Assembly: GCA_038496445.1 (NCBI GenBank)
Contig: JALMLS010000539.1
Span: forward strand, 11,093 to 75,092
DNA: 64,000 nt
Source of the DNA: Trichosphaerium sp. ATCC 40318
Lineage: Eukaryota > Protista > Tubulinea
Reading direction: 5' to 3'
Shown here one piece after another: positions 1 to 11,451 of the stretch (position 1 is the stretch's first letter; each line of letters opens with the position of its first letter). The notes beneath the pieces were generated by a model, which ran no database searches, was not told the DNA's origin, and saw nothing but the letters and a program-made list of their open reading frames with translations. The translations under genes were made by a program, and so were the position numbers.

Positions 1-53
1 ATAGAAAAAGGATCAAACTGAGCGTCCTGTGCCTTCTTAAGGTCTAGCGACAT
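1..53 (-). CDS. Possible 5' end of a gene running off the window (MSLDLKKAQDAQFDPFS...)
   Basis: ATG at 53 with an open frame to the window edge; too short to identify. Confidence 0.25.
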   Translation of the reverse strand, partial: MSLDLKKAQDAQFDPFS

Positions 54-272
54 TGTTGTACAGACTGGTGGTGCGGACAAAATTGACCAATATTTTCTGG
101 AGTAACTCACACTTATTCTCCGTCATAAGTCAACCACAAGGCTTTTAAAAACAAACTACGCACTGTAGGACGATTTGTGATATTAATAGATAATGATAAA
201 AACACTGATAATTAATTTATTGGCGTTTTATAAGCTACAGAGTTATACATACATTTGTATCAATGCTTGAGC

Positions 273-868
273 CTAGTTAGAGCGATGAAAATGTACATGT
301 ATCCATTTGCCCTTGAAGTACTGTTAGTTGGTCTCAAAAGTAGCTAACAACGTACATCACGCTTCTCAAATACTCTTGTCTCTTGTCCTGCGCCTGTGAC
401 TGGTGCACCGCTACTAGTTACTTTTTGGCGCAATCTTACGTACGAAACTATTCCTACGTTGCCCATAACGCGAACGTGAGGCGAAGAGATTGTCATGTTT
501 CGCAAAGCAGCGTTACCCTCTTTTTTAGGTGCACCTTTATACAAGTCAGTCCCAGCAAGCGTAAAAAACAAGCTTTGAACGTTTTTGTGTAGATCAGAGA
601 ACGTTTTTCGGTTTAAACAACGAACCTTTCATAAAATCGAAGTAGAACTTGTGAAATGGTAATCCTTCAACGAGGTGCCTGTATTGGTACGTTATGAAAA
701 GAAAATTATTTGGTGGCCATGTAAACGCGCATACCCTGATGCCTCAGGTTCAAAGGCTGTTAAACTAGCGTCACAGAGCGTTGAGTACGTTTCCCAGTCT
801 CCAGTACCAATTGCTTGTATTAGTTTGTGTGTTGCGTCTAAGAGCTCTTGTTTGGCTGCTTCTGTCAT
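273..868 (-). CDS. Stand-alone CaMKII association (hub) domain / DUF4440-like NTF2-fold protein, multi-exon
   Basis: Spliced reading MTEAAKQELLDATHKLIQAIGTGDWETYSTLCDASLTAFEPEAS-GHLVEGLPFHKFYFDF...SSPHVRVMGNVGIVSYVRLRQ...ETRVFEKRD...GKWIHVHFHRSN* matches the CaMKII hub signature (TAFEPEA.G.LVEG..FH.FYF; ETRVW..W..VHFH.S). Confidence 0.85.
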
Positions 869-912
869 TGTAACTGCTATTTTATGAAGTCAAGGTCAGT
901 TCAAGTGTCATA

Positions 913-3402
913 ATGCAATCTTGGCTCTCACGTTCACGCTCGTGGCTTGCTCGTGCTACTGCACAAACACCACAAAAAAATAAACAACGCGTGGCGAGGA
1001 GCTTTTCTTCTGGAAGAATTGGCCAACCAACGCATAAAACGCATCCTCACTTGTTGAAAGAAGGAGAACGTAAGTTAGTAACTTAATTTTCTTTAATGTA
1101 ACATTTGTTAGTTACGGTAGGCATACAAGCTTCAGAATACGCTCAAAGGCGCCAAAAACTTGCCAATGAGCTTCAAGATGATGATGTAGTTGTTTTATAC
1201 GCGAACAAGCATGCGCAGATGAGCAATGATATCCCGTACGCTTAGAGATCATACTACACGCCTTTTAGCGCTTGAAATAATTTTTACAACATGAACAATG
1301 CCAAACGCCGTTTAACACGCTTCCTCTAGTTACTACTATCATCAAAATGTAGATTTATTGTACTACACAGGGTTTCAAGAGCCAGAGTCATTTGCTGTAC
1401 TCGGTATGACGTTTTTTTCAAACCAACTGATTGCCATTTAAAAAACCGCAAAGAGCTACTCTCCACGTTTTTTGATTTACATCTGACTTTAGAGAAGAGG
1501 TCTGGTAAGATCATATTTAACTTGTTCTTACGAGAGTACGATGCTACAAGGTAATTAAGAAGTGTGACATCTCAAACGAAATGACAGCAATTTGTATCAT
1601 TTTGGCTTATAGTTTACTGCAATTTGTTACATTTCTCGTGTAGTAGTGCTAATATGTTTATAAGAGAACTTTGGAATGGTCCATGTGCAGGTCTAGATCG
1701 CGCAGCTGATATATTTGGTGCTGATAGGGTACGTTAAATGAAGAGAAACTTATCGCTTTGAAACTTATTGTTATTTGTAGGTATTTAAAAGCACTGGACC
1801 AGATGCTAAGAGAGCTCTTGATGAGCTTGTCAAACACAATAACACAGTTTACGTTAACACACCTATTGGAGGAGCACCAGAGAGTCAACCAAAAGTATCA
1901 ATGAGCGAAGAAAACTGGCAAGATGGTGAGTGAAACCAACACGAAATGTTGTTATTTTAATTAACCAACGTTAGGTACGCCAGTCGTAGAGCGTTTAAGA
2001 ATGATCAAGTCTCCTGCTGAGATTGAAGTTATGCGTAAAGCAGGTAGCATTTCCGCTAACGCTTTCAAGCAAGTACGTGCTCTCAACATCTATTACTCAA
2101 CATTAATGATAAAAAGGTAATGAAAGATACAAAGCATTTTAAGACTGAGCATCAATTATACTCTGCTATAGAGTATGAATGCATGAAGAGAGGATGTCAG
2201 AGATTAAGTTACCCTCCTGTCGTAGCTAACGGCGACAGTAACTTGATTCTACATTACATTGAAAATGATGATGTTTTAAAGTAAGCAAAATGAATTGAAA
2301 AAAAAAATCAGCCTGATAGTTTTTGTTTTAACGTGACCTAGAGACAATAAATTAATTCTAATGGATGCTGGTGGTGAATATTGGAATTATAGTAGCGATA
2401 TTACACGAACATGGCCAGTTAATGGCCGCTTCACACCCGCCCAGCGTGAAGTTTATGATGCTGTACTCTCAGTAAGTTTTGTTATTTGTGTCACTTCATG
2501 ATGTTTATCCTTTCTTACTAGGTCAACCAACAAGTAATACAGAAAGTAAAACCAGGTGTAACTTTAAATGAGTTACATTCAGACAGTATATTTTCATTTT
2601 TGAAGCCAATGCAAGACATGGGATTAGTTAAGGTAAATTCTCCTGTATTTGAACCTGCTTGAAAAGAAAAGAAAGAAAAAAAGAAAAAATGCGTTAATGT
2701 TATCTTACAGGAGAGAACAAATGTTCAAGCTTCTTCAATCACAAGGTTTTATGTCCACTCTGTATCACACTACCTTGGTACGCTATACTAATATAGTTGG
2801 ATAGCTGAAATTAACAAATTATCAAAATAGGAATGGACACACATGATACATCTACAATATCTCATAATATACCTCTAGAACCTGGAATGGTATGTTGTCT
2901 TTCTCTTTCTACGATCTTATTTTTGTTTAATTCTTTCCAAAACACCTATGTAGTTACCTTTAAGACGTTTGTCAAACAATGTTTTAAACAACAAACTTTT
3001 TCTTTGATTTTTTTTTCTTTTTTACCTTGTAACTCTTTTATTCGTTTAGGTGTTTACAGTTGAGCCTGGTTTATACATAGGATATGAGGATGATATACCA
3101 GAAAGGTACACAACATAATCTTCAACTCTAAAGAATTGTTTGTCGTTCAGTTTTTTCTTGAACTACGTCTGTTTTTCTGGACTTCTATTTTAAAATGGAA
3201 GTTTGTAGTACAGATTTGATTGATTCTTTCAGAAATTGAGCTTTGTTCTTGTAGAATAGCGCTCTTACACTTTTTCTATAGGTTACGCGGTATTGGCGTT
3301 AGAATTGAGGATAATATTCTAGTAACAGAGAATGGTTGTGAAGTTCTAACAAAAGAAGCACCAAAGGTTCCGGAAATGATAGAACAAATAATGAACAACT
3401 AA
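913..3402 (+). CDS. XPNPEP3: Xaa-Pro aminopeptidase 3 / ICP55-like (peptidase M24B), probably mitochondrial, multi-exon
   Basis: Arg/Ser-rich N-terminus then [16 protein letters not shown]; [71 protein letters not shown]. Confidence 0.9.
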
Positions 3403-3771
3403 AATAACGCTAAAACACCAAAAACGCTGTTTTTTTTTGATTTTCGGACAAGTTTCTTAGACTTGTTTTTGTAATCGTGAGGCTAGCCGTGATTACCTCT
3501 ATACCTTTACGTTGTGTTTTGGGGCAAACCGACATAGTCCCAGAACGTATCGCGTTGACTGCTCCCAATTTAAGTAAGCGCAATATATACTTTATAAATC
3601 TGTGTACAACACGCACGACGGGGTTTGGTATCAGTTTTGACTCGTTGACATCATCTACGCAATCGACAAATAAGGCATCAGACCTGAATTCTCCTTTTGA
3701 CGAGGTAGCACGACTAGTATTAATTAGCGTATTTAACGCTCGTAGGTATTGTGTACAAATAGATAACTACT

Positions 3772-6700
3772 ATGAGCCGCATAACACTCGCCTGTGCCCG
3801 TAAATTGGGTATCATACTGTTAATAGCGCTTTGCATGGGTGCTACCAGTAACGGTTGCGCTGAGGTTCCAACAACCTTTTCCAGCATCAGCGACGCACTT
3901 GTACGTAACCAATAAGAGAGCTTTACGCTAATATTGTATTATTACAGCAAGCTGGAAACGATTGTATTTTATATTTGGATACCGACCCTATCACTATAAC
4001 CAGTCGTAGTAACGTCATAATATACAACAACGTAACGGTATGCGCTATTTAAGAGACTCGCCAGCCAAAAAAAATATAGAATCGGAAACTTACCTTTTGG
4101 TAGGATACTTTGGATTCTATTGTTGTTGAAACATCTCAAAACATAACTCTCGTGGGGTTCAAGTCAAAATCACTTGTTGTTGAAGGCTCTATTGGTATAG
4201 TATTTGATAGATTGTTGCTAAGAAAAACGACGTTTGCACCCAAAATTGCTGGTAGTATAGAAGATGGTACTTGCTATTCTTACTATTTGCTCTTCTTTTT
4301 TTGACTTTGTAGGTTCAAATGTCACCTTCACGAGAACTGTTATAGATGTAGCCCCTTCTAGTGTTGAAAGTATAGCAGTTATTTCAAGTACAGTGTATTT
4401 TGAGGATACAGATATAGTAGCTAACTGCGTACGTGGATAAACTATAACGACATGATGGTTTTTTTTTGACTCACTTTTCTTCAATAGCTTGTTGCTGTTA
4501 ATAGTGTAAACTCTTTTGTTTCGATGAACCATGTTATTCTTCGTGGCCTCGCACCAAGTAATAATACACATTATCATAACTTGAATGCTCACTTTAAGCT
4601 GTAGCACATGTTATACTGCGGGATAGTAGTACTGGTGTTTTTGGTATGCTTTTCTTTCTTTTTTTTTTCTTCATTACTCATCATTAGTCTCTTACATCTT
4701 TATAGACAGATGCTCTTTTATTTCTTTAACGCCTTCTTACATTGGTATATAGTACGTTATATAAATTCATTCCCAGTTTAATGTGATAAGAAACAAAAAG
4801 TGAAAAAAAAAAATCACAACCAGATTTTGTTTTAGTCACTATTTCTCTTCATTAGCGACTTCGTTCATTATAATGTTAACTCCCTCTAATATTATAAAAC
4901 AGTTGTCCAAATAATAATTCCGTAGAGGTGTACAATTCAGTTATTGACGGTCCTGGATTAGGTAAGTTATTCAATTTTTTTTGCATTGAGCTATTATGGC
5001 ACTAATCATTCTGTAGCTGTCTCGTCTTGTAGTGCAACTATGGAATCTGTTACAATAGGACATGGTACTATAATCAATATAACAACATATATGATAGCGT
5101 AGTTACCTTACTTTAAATTTAGGTGTAACTGACTTACCTTCCAATTACAGTTCATGGAAAAACATATTACTACTGAAGAACGAATCTTCCTACACTTCTT
5201 ATTCAGAGCCAAACGAATCTTTTTTATTTTTAAATAATGAAGATGTATTCATAGACTACTTTACTTCGTTTGATTATAGATTAAATGGGTCAACAGCAGG
5301 AACAGTATTTAACTTTACAGGTAAGCCATTTTTCTTTTCTTATAAATTTCCTGATTTTTCAATTAATTTTTTCTTCAGGTGCTGATACTTCTGTTCGTTT
5401 GTATGATCTTGGTACATACTCTGTTTCCATAAATTGGTTTTACTTATTATTTGGTAAGACAATAAAGTCCGAGATATATCAGTTATAGATGTCGGTGCTT
5501 TTCAATACGTACAATCTTGATTTCGTCTTGCTTTCAAATTAATACCGATGTAATTGTTTATACTATCATAGCGTGATCCTCCACCACCTACTACTGAGTC
5601 TCCCACAACTATGCCACCTACTACTAAGACACCGACTACTATGACTCCTACAACTCTACCGCCTACAACTGTATCGCCCACTGCGACCCCAACAAGGGCA
5701 CCTACAACAATTGTACCGAGCATATCTCCGTCAGGAGCGTCACTTCCTGTACCAACAAGTATGCCCACACAACCTCCAACGACAGGTATGTTTTCAAGAA
5801 CTTTAACTCAGTATTTAACTCTATTAGCAAGCAACGCTTGCCTAGGAGATGCGCCCAATGAAAATGCCACGTGTTCCGATGGGAAATGGGCTATTTTTAA
5901 CTTATCACTACGACCTAATGAAGTATTCGTTTTGACTAACAATGTGATCATTGAAAACACTCTTGTGTCTACAAACACAAGTACTATTGTATTTAATGAT
6001 GCCAACATTGAGCTAAGAAGTATGAATTGTTCCGATAGTTTCTTCTTTTTTTCTATTTTTTTTTCTTTGGCATTTTGACGTTTGGATTTAGGCTGTACTG
6101 TTTTGAATGGGCATGCTGTTCTTAATAGAACAACAGGTGTTTTAGACGGAGACAGAATATCCTTTGTTTCTTTTAATGAGTCACTTCGTAGTTGTATCAC
6201 AGGTACAGCTTTTGATACAAAACCGAAATTCTCTGAACAGTTTTTCGTTTGGTTTGAGCAGCGAGATGATTGACGTCCTTGCCTATGATTTAACTCTTTG
6301 ATTAGGAGATTTTGTAACAGTTGATATTATTTCTCCTGATAAGGATTGTGAGACCATAACAGCAAAAGTAGAGCAAGAAACACGTGAGTACTTTTTTTTT
6401 TCAAACCTTTTTGAGTTTTTACCACTGCCTTACGTTTGCTTTCATTTGATTCAGTGCTGCTTTGTATAAAAGTAGTTTATTCCTTGTGTCTAATTCTCAG
6501 CCTATCAGATCAACACGTGTTGAAGTTTTTATTTAGAAAGGATTGCTGCAATAGTAGATGTTGATAAATCATCATGTGGTTCATCAACTACCAGGAATAT
6601 TGCTATAGCATGTTCGTGCATAATAATTATTATAGTAATAGTTGCACTTGTACTTATATTCCGGATTGATTGCTTGAGGCAGATTGTATTCCCTTATAGA

Positions 6701-6859
6701 TACACTGCTGACGGAAGAAGACGTAAAACTGGAGCTGTTATGAATATACAGACACCAAGAGAGCATAAAGCAAATCCACCATTATCTAGAGAATCTGAAA
6801 AAGGATCTCTTATTGAGATGGAAAAAATAGAGAGGGAGATGCAAGCACAGGACGTTTGA
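3772..6859 (+). CDS. Type I membrane/cell-surface protein with signal peptide, beta-rich ectodomain, Thr/Pro-rich stalk and C-terminal TM helix, multi-exon
   Basis: N-terminal MSRITLACARKLGIILLIALCMG; PPTTESPTTMPPTT stalk (~5575-5785); hydrophobic IIIIVIVALVLIF near 6620-6660 followed by RQIVFPYRY cytosolic tail ending at 6859. Internal exons approximate. Confidence 0.6.
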
Positions 6860-7817
6860 TGAAAAAACAAACAAGAGAAGAAGTAATTACAGATTGCAAA
6901 AGATTAAATCAGTAATTACTTCTGAATCTGTCTCTACAACTTGACTTGTAATATAAATTGTTAGTGAATATGTTATAAACTTGTCATAAAACAAGAATGT
7001 TTGGCTTTTTTTTTTCAAAGAATTCCCACGCAGTTTTGTTCCCACTCTTATCGTTATTCTTACAGGGCTGGTTTAAAAACAGTTAGATCATGTAATAGTA
7101 GAAATGGATCTACTGATGACAAAAAGGGAGATGAAGCCCCTGTTACCGATTTTAGAAGCGTTTTGAGTCGAAACAATTGAACTTTCGAAGAAAAAAAATA
7201 AAAAAAAAATAAAGTCGGCACTCTCCTTTTTATCATCTATCACTGTTGCACAAGTACTGAATAAGAAAATTTATGCAATGAATCCACTATAAGGTTGATG
7301 TCCCAACTTACGCCATCCAATAGTAAAAACATAGTCGTAGGACTCAATATTGCAAGTGACATTGCGCTTGGTATTTTTTTTTTATTGCAACTGTACTTGT
7401 AGTTTATGTATGAAGTCCTATCTGGAAATTGTAATTTTTACAATAATATTTGTCGCACAATATCGCTTGGAAATAAGCGCTGGTTCAGATGGACATTTGG
7501 GTTAGGGGTGCTGAATAATACTTTGTTATTACAACTAGTTAGTATGTTGAAACAAAACTTGATAGGTGACACATGTTCATGTCAGTCATTCAGCAATGTC
7601 TTTGTTCAAAAGATAGTAGTACAGTATTTCACGGTCTCATTGAATGATTAACATTGGTTGCGCAATACTACATCCTAAATGTACTTATAGTAATATCACA
7701 GGTACTTACACAATTGAATTCATAAGTTTATTGTAGTGTCACTTTGATTTGTGACGTTATTATTTATATATACGAGTTCCTTTTAATTCTTTTTCTAGTT
7801 CTCTTGTTACTACAGTT

Positions 7818-9029
7818 TCAATTACGTTTATATATATGTTTTGTCCCAACAAGCGCTTTGATGCCTTCATTGGTTACTGGAGTATAGTTGAGGTAAATAG
7901 TATGAACGCCAACAAGTGCTTTAACACCTTCATCTGTTACTGAAGTGTTATTGAGGTTAATAGTATGAACACCAGCAAGTGGTTTGACACCTTCATCTGT
8001 TACTAAAGTGTTATCGAGGTAAATAATATGAACACCAGCAAGTGCTTTGACACCTTCATCTGTTACTAAAGTGTTATTGAGGTTAATAGTATGAACTCCA
8101 GCAAGTGCTTTAACACCTTCATCTGTCACTACGGTACGATAAAGGCTAATATAATGAACTCCTGCAAGAGCTTTGACACCTTCATCAGTTACTTTAGTAT
8201 CGCCAAGGTGAATAGTATGAACACCAGAAAGTGCTTTAACGCCTTCATCTGTTACTGAAGTGCTATTGAGGTTAATTTTATGAACGCCAGAAAGTGCTTT
8301 TACGCCTTCATCTGTTACTGAAGTGTAACTGAGACAAATGGTATGAACGCCAGCGAGTGCTTTAACGCTTTTATCAGTTACTAAAGCGTTGGTAAGGTTA
8401 ATAGTATGAACGCCAGCAAGTGGTTTGACACCTTCATCTGTTACTGAAGTGTTATTGAGGTAAATAGTATGAACGCCAGCAAGTGCTTTAACACCTTCAT
8501 CTGTTACTGAAGTGCTATTGAGGTAAATAGTATGAACGCCAGCAAGTGCTTTAACACCTTCATCTGCTACTGAAGTGTTATTGAGGTAAATAGTATGAAC
8601 GCCAGCAAGTGCTTTAATGCCTTTGTCAGTTACTGAAGTGGATTCAAGTACAATAGCATGAACGCCAGCAAGTGCTTTAATGCCTTCATCAGTTACTGTA
8701 GCACATTCGAGGTCTATAGTATGAACTCCAGCAAATTGTTTGATGCTGGTTTCGTCAAAATCACTTGAGCTAAGGTCTATCCAGGTGTTTTTCAGAATCC
8801 CACGATGTTTTACTACTGATTTTACTTGGTCTACAGTTTTAACCCTGATAGCGGTGTATCCGATAACGTCGTGAACAATAGAAGCGAATAAACGACAGGT
8901 TTGACAAGCTGCAAATCGTGATTTGAATGATGTTTGAAGCAAAATATGCGTTAATATCTCCGTAGGTAGATGCAACAAATTATTGCGTGCGATGTTGTCG
9001 ATTTTATAACGCGTTGAAATTAGAAGCAT
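7818..9029 (-). CDS. F-box + 22-aa leucine-rich repeat protein (intronless)
   Basis: F-box-like LLHLPTEILTHILLQTSFKSRFAACQTCRLF, then ~14 repeats of LAGVHTIxLxxTxVTDEGVKA. Confidence 0.9.
   Translation of the reverse strand: MLLISTRYKIDNIARNNLLHLPTEILTHILLQTSFKSRFAACQTCRLFASIVHDVIGYTAIRVKTVDQVKSVVKHRGILKNTWIDLSSSDFDETSIKQFAGVHTIDLECATVTDEGIKALAGVHAIVLESTSVTDKGIKALAGVHTIYLNNTSVADEGVKALAGVHTIYLNSTSVTDEGVKALAGVHTIYLNNTSVTDEGVKPLAGVHTINLTNALVTDKSVKALAGVHTICLSYTSVTDEGVKALSGVHKINLNSTSVTDEGVKALSGVHTIHLGDTKVTDEGVKALAGVHYISLYRTVVTDEGVKALAGVHTINLNNTLVTDEGVKALAGVHIIYLDNTLVTDEGVKPLAGVHTINLNNTSVTDEGVKALVGVHTIYLNYTPVTNEGIKALVGTKHIYKRN
7840..8735 (-). repeat. 66-bp coding tandem repeat array (~14 units)
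   Basis: Near-identical units gcacttgctggcgttcatactattNNNctcNNNNNNacttcagtaacagatgaaggtgttaaa on the minus strand. Confidence 0.9.
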
Positions 9030-9738
9030 TGTATATCGTCTTTGTGATGGTATTAAGGACGTCTCTAATGGTTAAAATGTACTTTTATACGCCAATATCT
9101 AGAATGGAGGCGGTATGTGCTGCGAAAGGAGCGTTTAGGCTGTGATATTAAGGTACGAGTCAAGTTAAGCCTGTTCGTACAAAAAAAATTACGTAATTTT
9201 CACAAAAACGTTGCCAATGACAACTGAAACGTGCAACGTCACCATGTTCAATATGCATGCTTTCCAAGTATTTCCACGAAGATATTCACAGCGAACTTTG
9301 ACGAAATACACAAATGTATTTTTTGATTGTGTATTTCTCTGAATGTACTAATGCTATCCTACATGTAAGGCAACGTCTCTCTTACACGTATTCTCATCTT
9401 TCGTGCCCTTTAACATTTCAACAACATTAATACCGCTACATTGGTTACCTATTCCAATAGTTTAAAAGTCAATTAGCACAAAATAAAACGCAGAAAGACG
9501 TTACAATGGTACTTATTGTCTTGTTTTGTTTTAAAACCAAGTTCACTCTTCAAACACTTCACTACACCGGTATGAGGTGAAAGACCTCCTATTGGAACTT
9601 CTTGTATCTATCAAGGATCCGAGTTGTATCAATCACGTCGAACCAGCAACACCAAAACAAAAAGTGGCTTCCTCACTATGTCGTATTACCACATGCAACG
9701 GCACAAATGGGCATGGAGATATCAAGAAGTTGTATGTA

Positions 9739-9918
9739 GAAAAGTCGTTCACATATGATGAATTGATGAAACACTAATGATTCTCACGACTATCGTCAAA
9801 TGATCAAGAATGTGCCTCAACTCATTCCAGGACCTGGTGGAAATCCAGGTGTATGGATTGACAATCCTTGGTGGGAGAAAGCATATTACAATTGGACCCA
9901 ATTCTGCATGTTACTTCA
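9739..9918 (+). repeat. ~180-bp dispersed repeat copy A (frameshifted relative to copy B)
   Basis: Nearly identical to the reverse complement of 12972-13150 (gaaaagtcgttcaca...cctggtggaaatccaggtgtatggattgacaatccttggtgggagaaagcatattac...); 2-nt deletion near 9770. Confidence 0.85.
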
Positions 9919-10269
9919 AAAACCAAATTAAACATATCTTCTAGTACTGATGTACGTTCATCACATCGTGAAAGAGTGTACATCACGTGTATATTGTACC
10001 TTAATATCAGTCGATATGCTACTTACACATCACATGCCTTCACCATTTTACGTGCGATGGTACCCCAAAAGAAAACGTGAACTTAAGCAATTGCATTAAG
10101 TCTGTTTAAGAACAGTTTTGTCATTAAAGAATGACAATACTTACCGTTAATTTCGCGGGTTAATTTCACGTGTAAATAGTATTTAAAACAACATCTCTTG
10201 TACTTCAATAGCAATGCAACAATCTTCAAATATGTCCCAAGATTGTACTGTAGGCCAGATTATGTACTG

Positions 10270-10757
10270 ATGGGATATTTAAGTTCCTACCGAATTATTA
10301 CACCAGATTATAGACCTTTCCGCAGAGGTATACATATTGTGGCTGCTACTTTGTTGTCAAGCTGCAGTAACAAGTAGATTTACTTTTAACTTGGAGAAAC
10401 ATGGCAAATGGATTGGACATTGACTAAGGAAAAATGGTAGGATCATACAAAAGTTGGTACACTAATGGCGTGTTGAAAGAAACTTGCTTTTATGTCAATG
10501 GAGTCCGTGAAGGAGAGAATATAGCTTACTATGGTTGTAATCCTTACATAATTAGGGGTCATAACGGTCAATATATTAAGCCCTTGAAGCCTTTGCTAAA
10601 GAGAAAGTGCTTTTTTAGGAACGGATTACTTCATGGCGAAGTAAAGAGATGGTACAACAATGGTCGACTACAAAGACATTGCTTTTACGTTGATGGTAAG
10701 CTAGAAGGAGAGTATAATCAAAAACCCTTTTCTTTTATTGTTCTTTTTTTAATTTAA
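10270..10757 (+). pseudogene. Degraded F-box-like + MORN-variant repeat gene, paralog of 34213-35070
   Basis: PTELLHQIIDLSAEVYILWLLLCCQAAVTSRFTFNLEKHGKWIG aligns with PCELQTYICTFNNEVFTKFHTLSKRAAINTHFDETLQRKGMWIQ; frameshift/stop, then SWYTNGVLKETCFYVNGVREG and WYNNGRLQRHCFYVDGKLEG repeats; truncated. Confidence 0.7.
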
Positions 10758-11451
10758 TTTGTAGATCGTTCAGTAATCTTATTTTAAGCTATTTCCGTCC
10801 TATTTGGAATAGGGCAAGTACCAAAATGACTCCTTCCTCTGCAGAATCAAGTGTGTCTACTACAGAAACGCCCATGAATAATTTAATAAAACAGCAACAA
10901 GCAATACAAACTGTAGAATAAAAACGACAAATGTAATTTGTGTCATTAGTACGTAATATGTGAAACACAGAGTATGCTATGATCAAGTTGCGAAGTCAGT
11001 TTTGATAATACGAACGTATCTCATAGTTGCAACATTCAAGCACTAGAGTGTAGGTGCATAAAAGCTCTTGGACAGCGCATGTAATCTCACATACTGAAAT
11101 ACGACTTCAGATCTTTTGTCTTTGTAGTCAAACTACAATTGCCAATCAGACCAGCGTGCTTACCTTTTCAAATATAACATTTCCAATAGCAACATGCACG
11201 CAGCACCAGCCAACAAGCTACTTTGACACATCGAAATATTTCCGCACGTGATAAACCGACCTATGCCTCAAAGCACGTGTAGGAGAGGTCATCGAACAAT
11301 TTTAGCAATTAACAAGGATACGAAACTAAGCCTCAGACAAAGCTCGAATTAATCAAAGCATGGCGAGGCTAAACGGTCATAAGCAATCCAGTGTTATTCG
11401 TAAATGTCGTCAAGCACTTTCTTGTTAACATTTGAAGCACTACCAAACGAA

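Noticed and set aside
5502-5768. Val/Gly-rich minus-strand ORF (likewise 38253-38684 +)
   Set aside because: Antisense shadows of Thr/Pro-rich stalk exons
7840-8735. Regularly spaced repeats with short variable segments as a CRISPR-like array
   Set aside because: Units are an in-frame 66-bp LRR coding repeat; the variable parts are a few codons, not spacers; no cas genes; eukaryotic context
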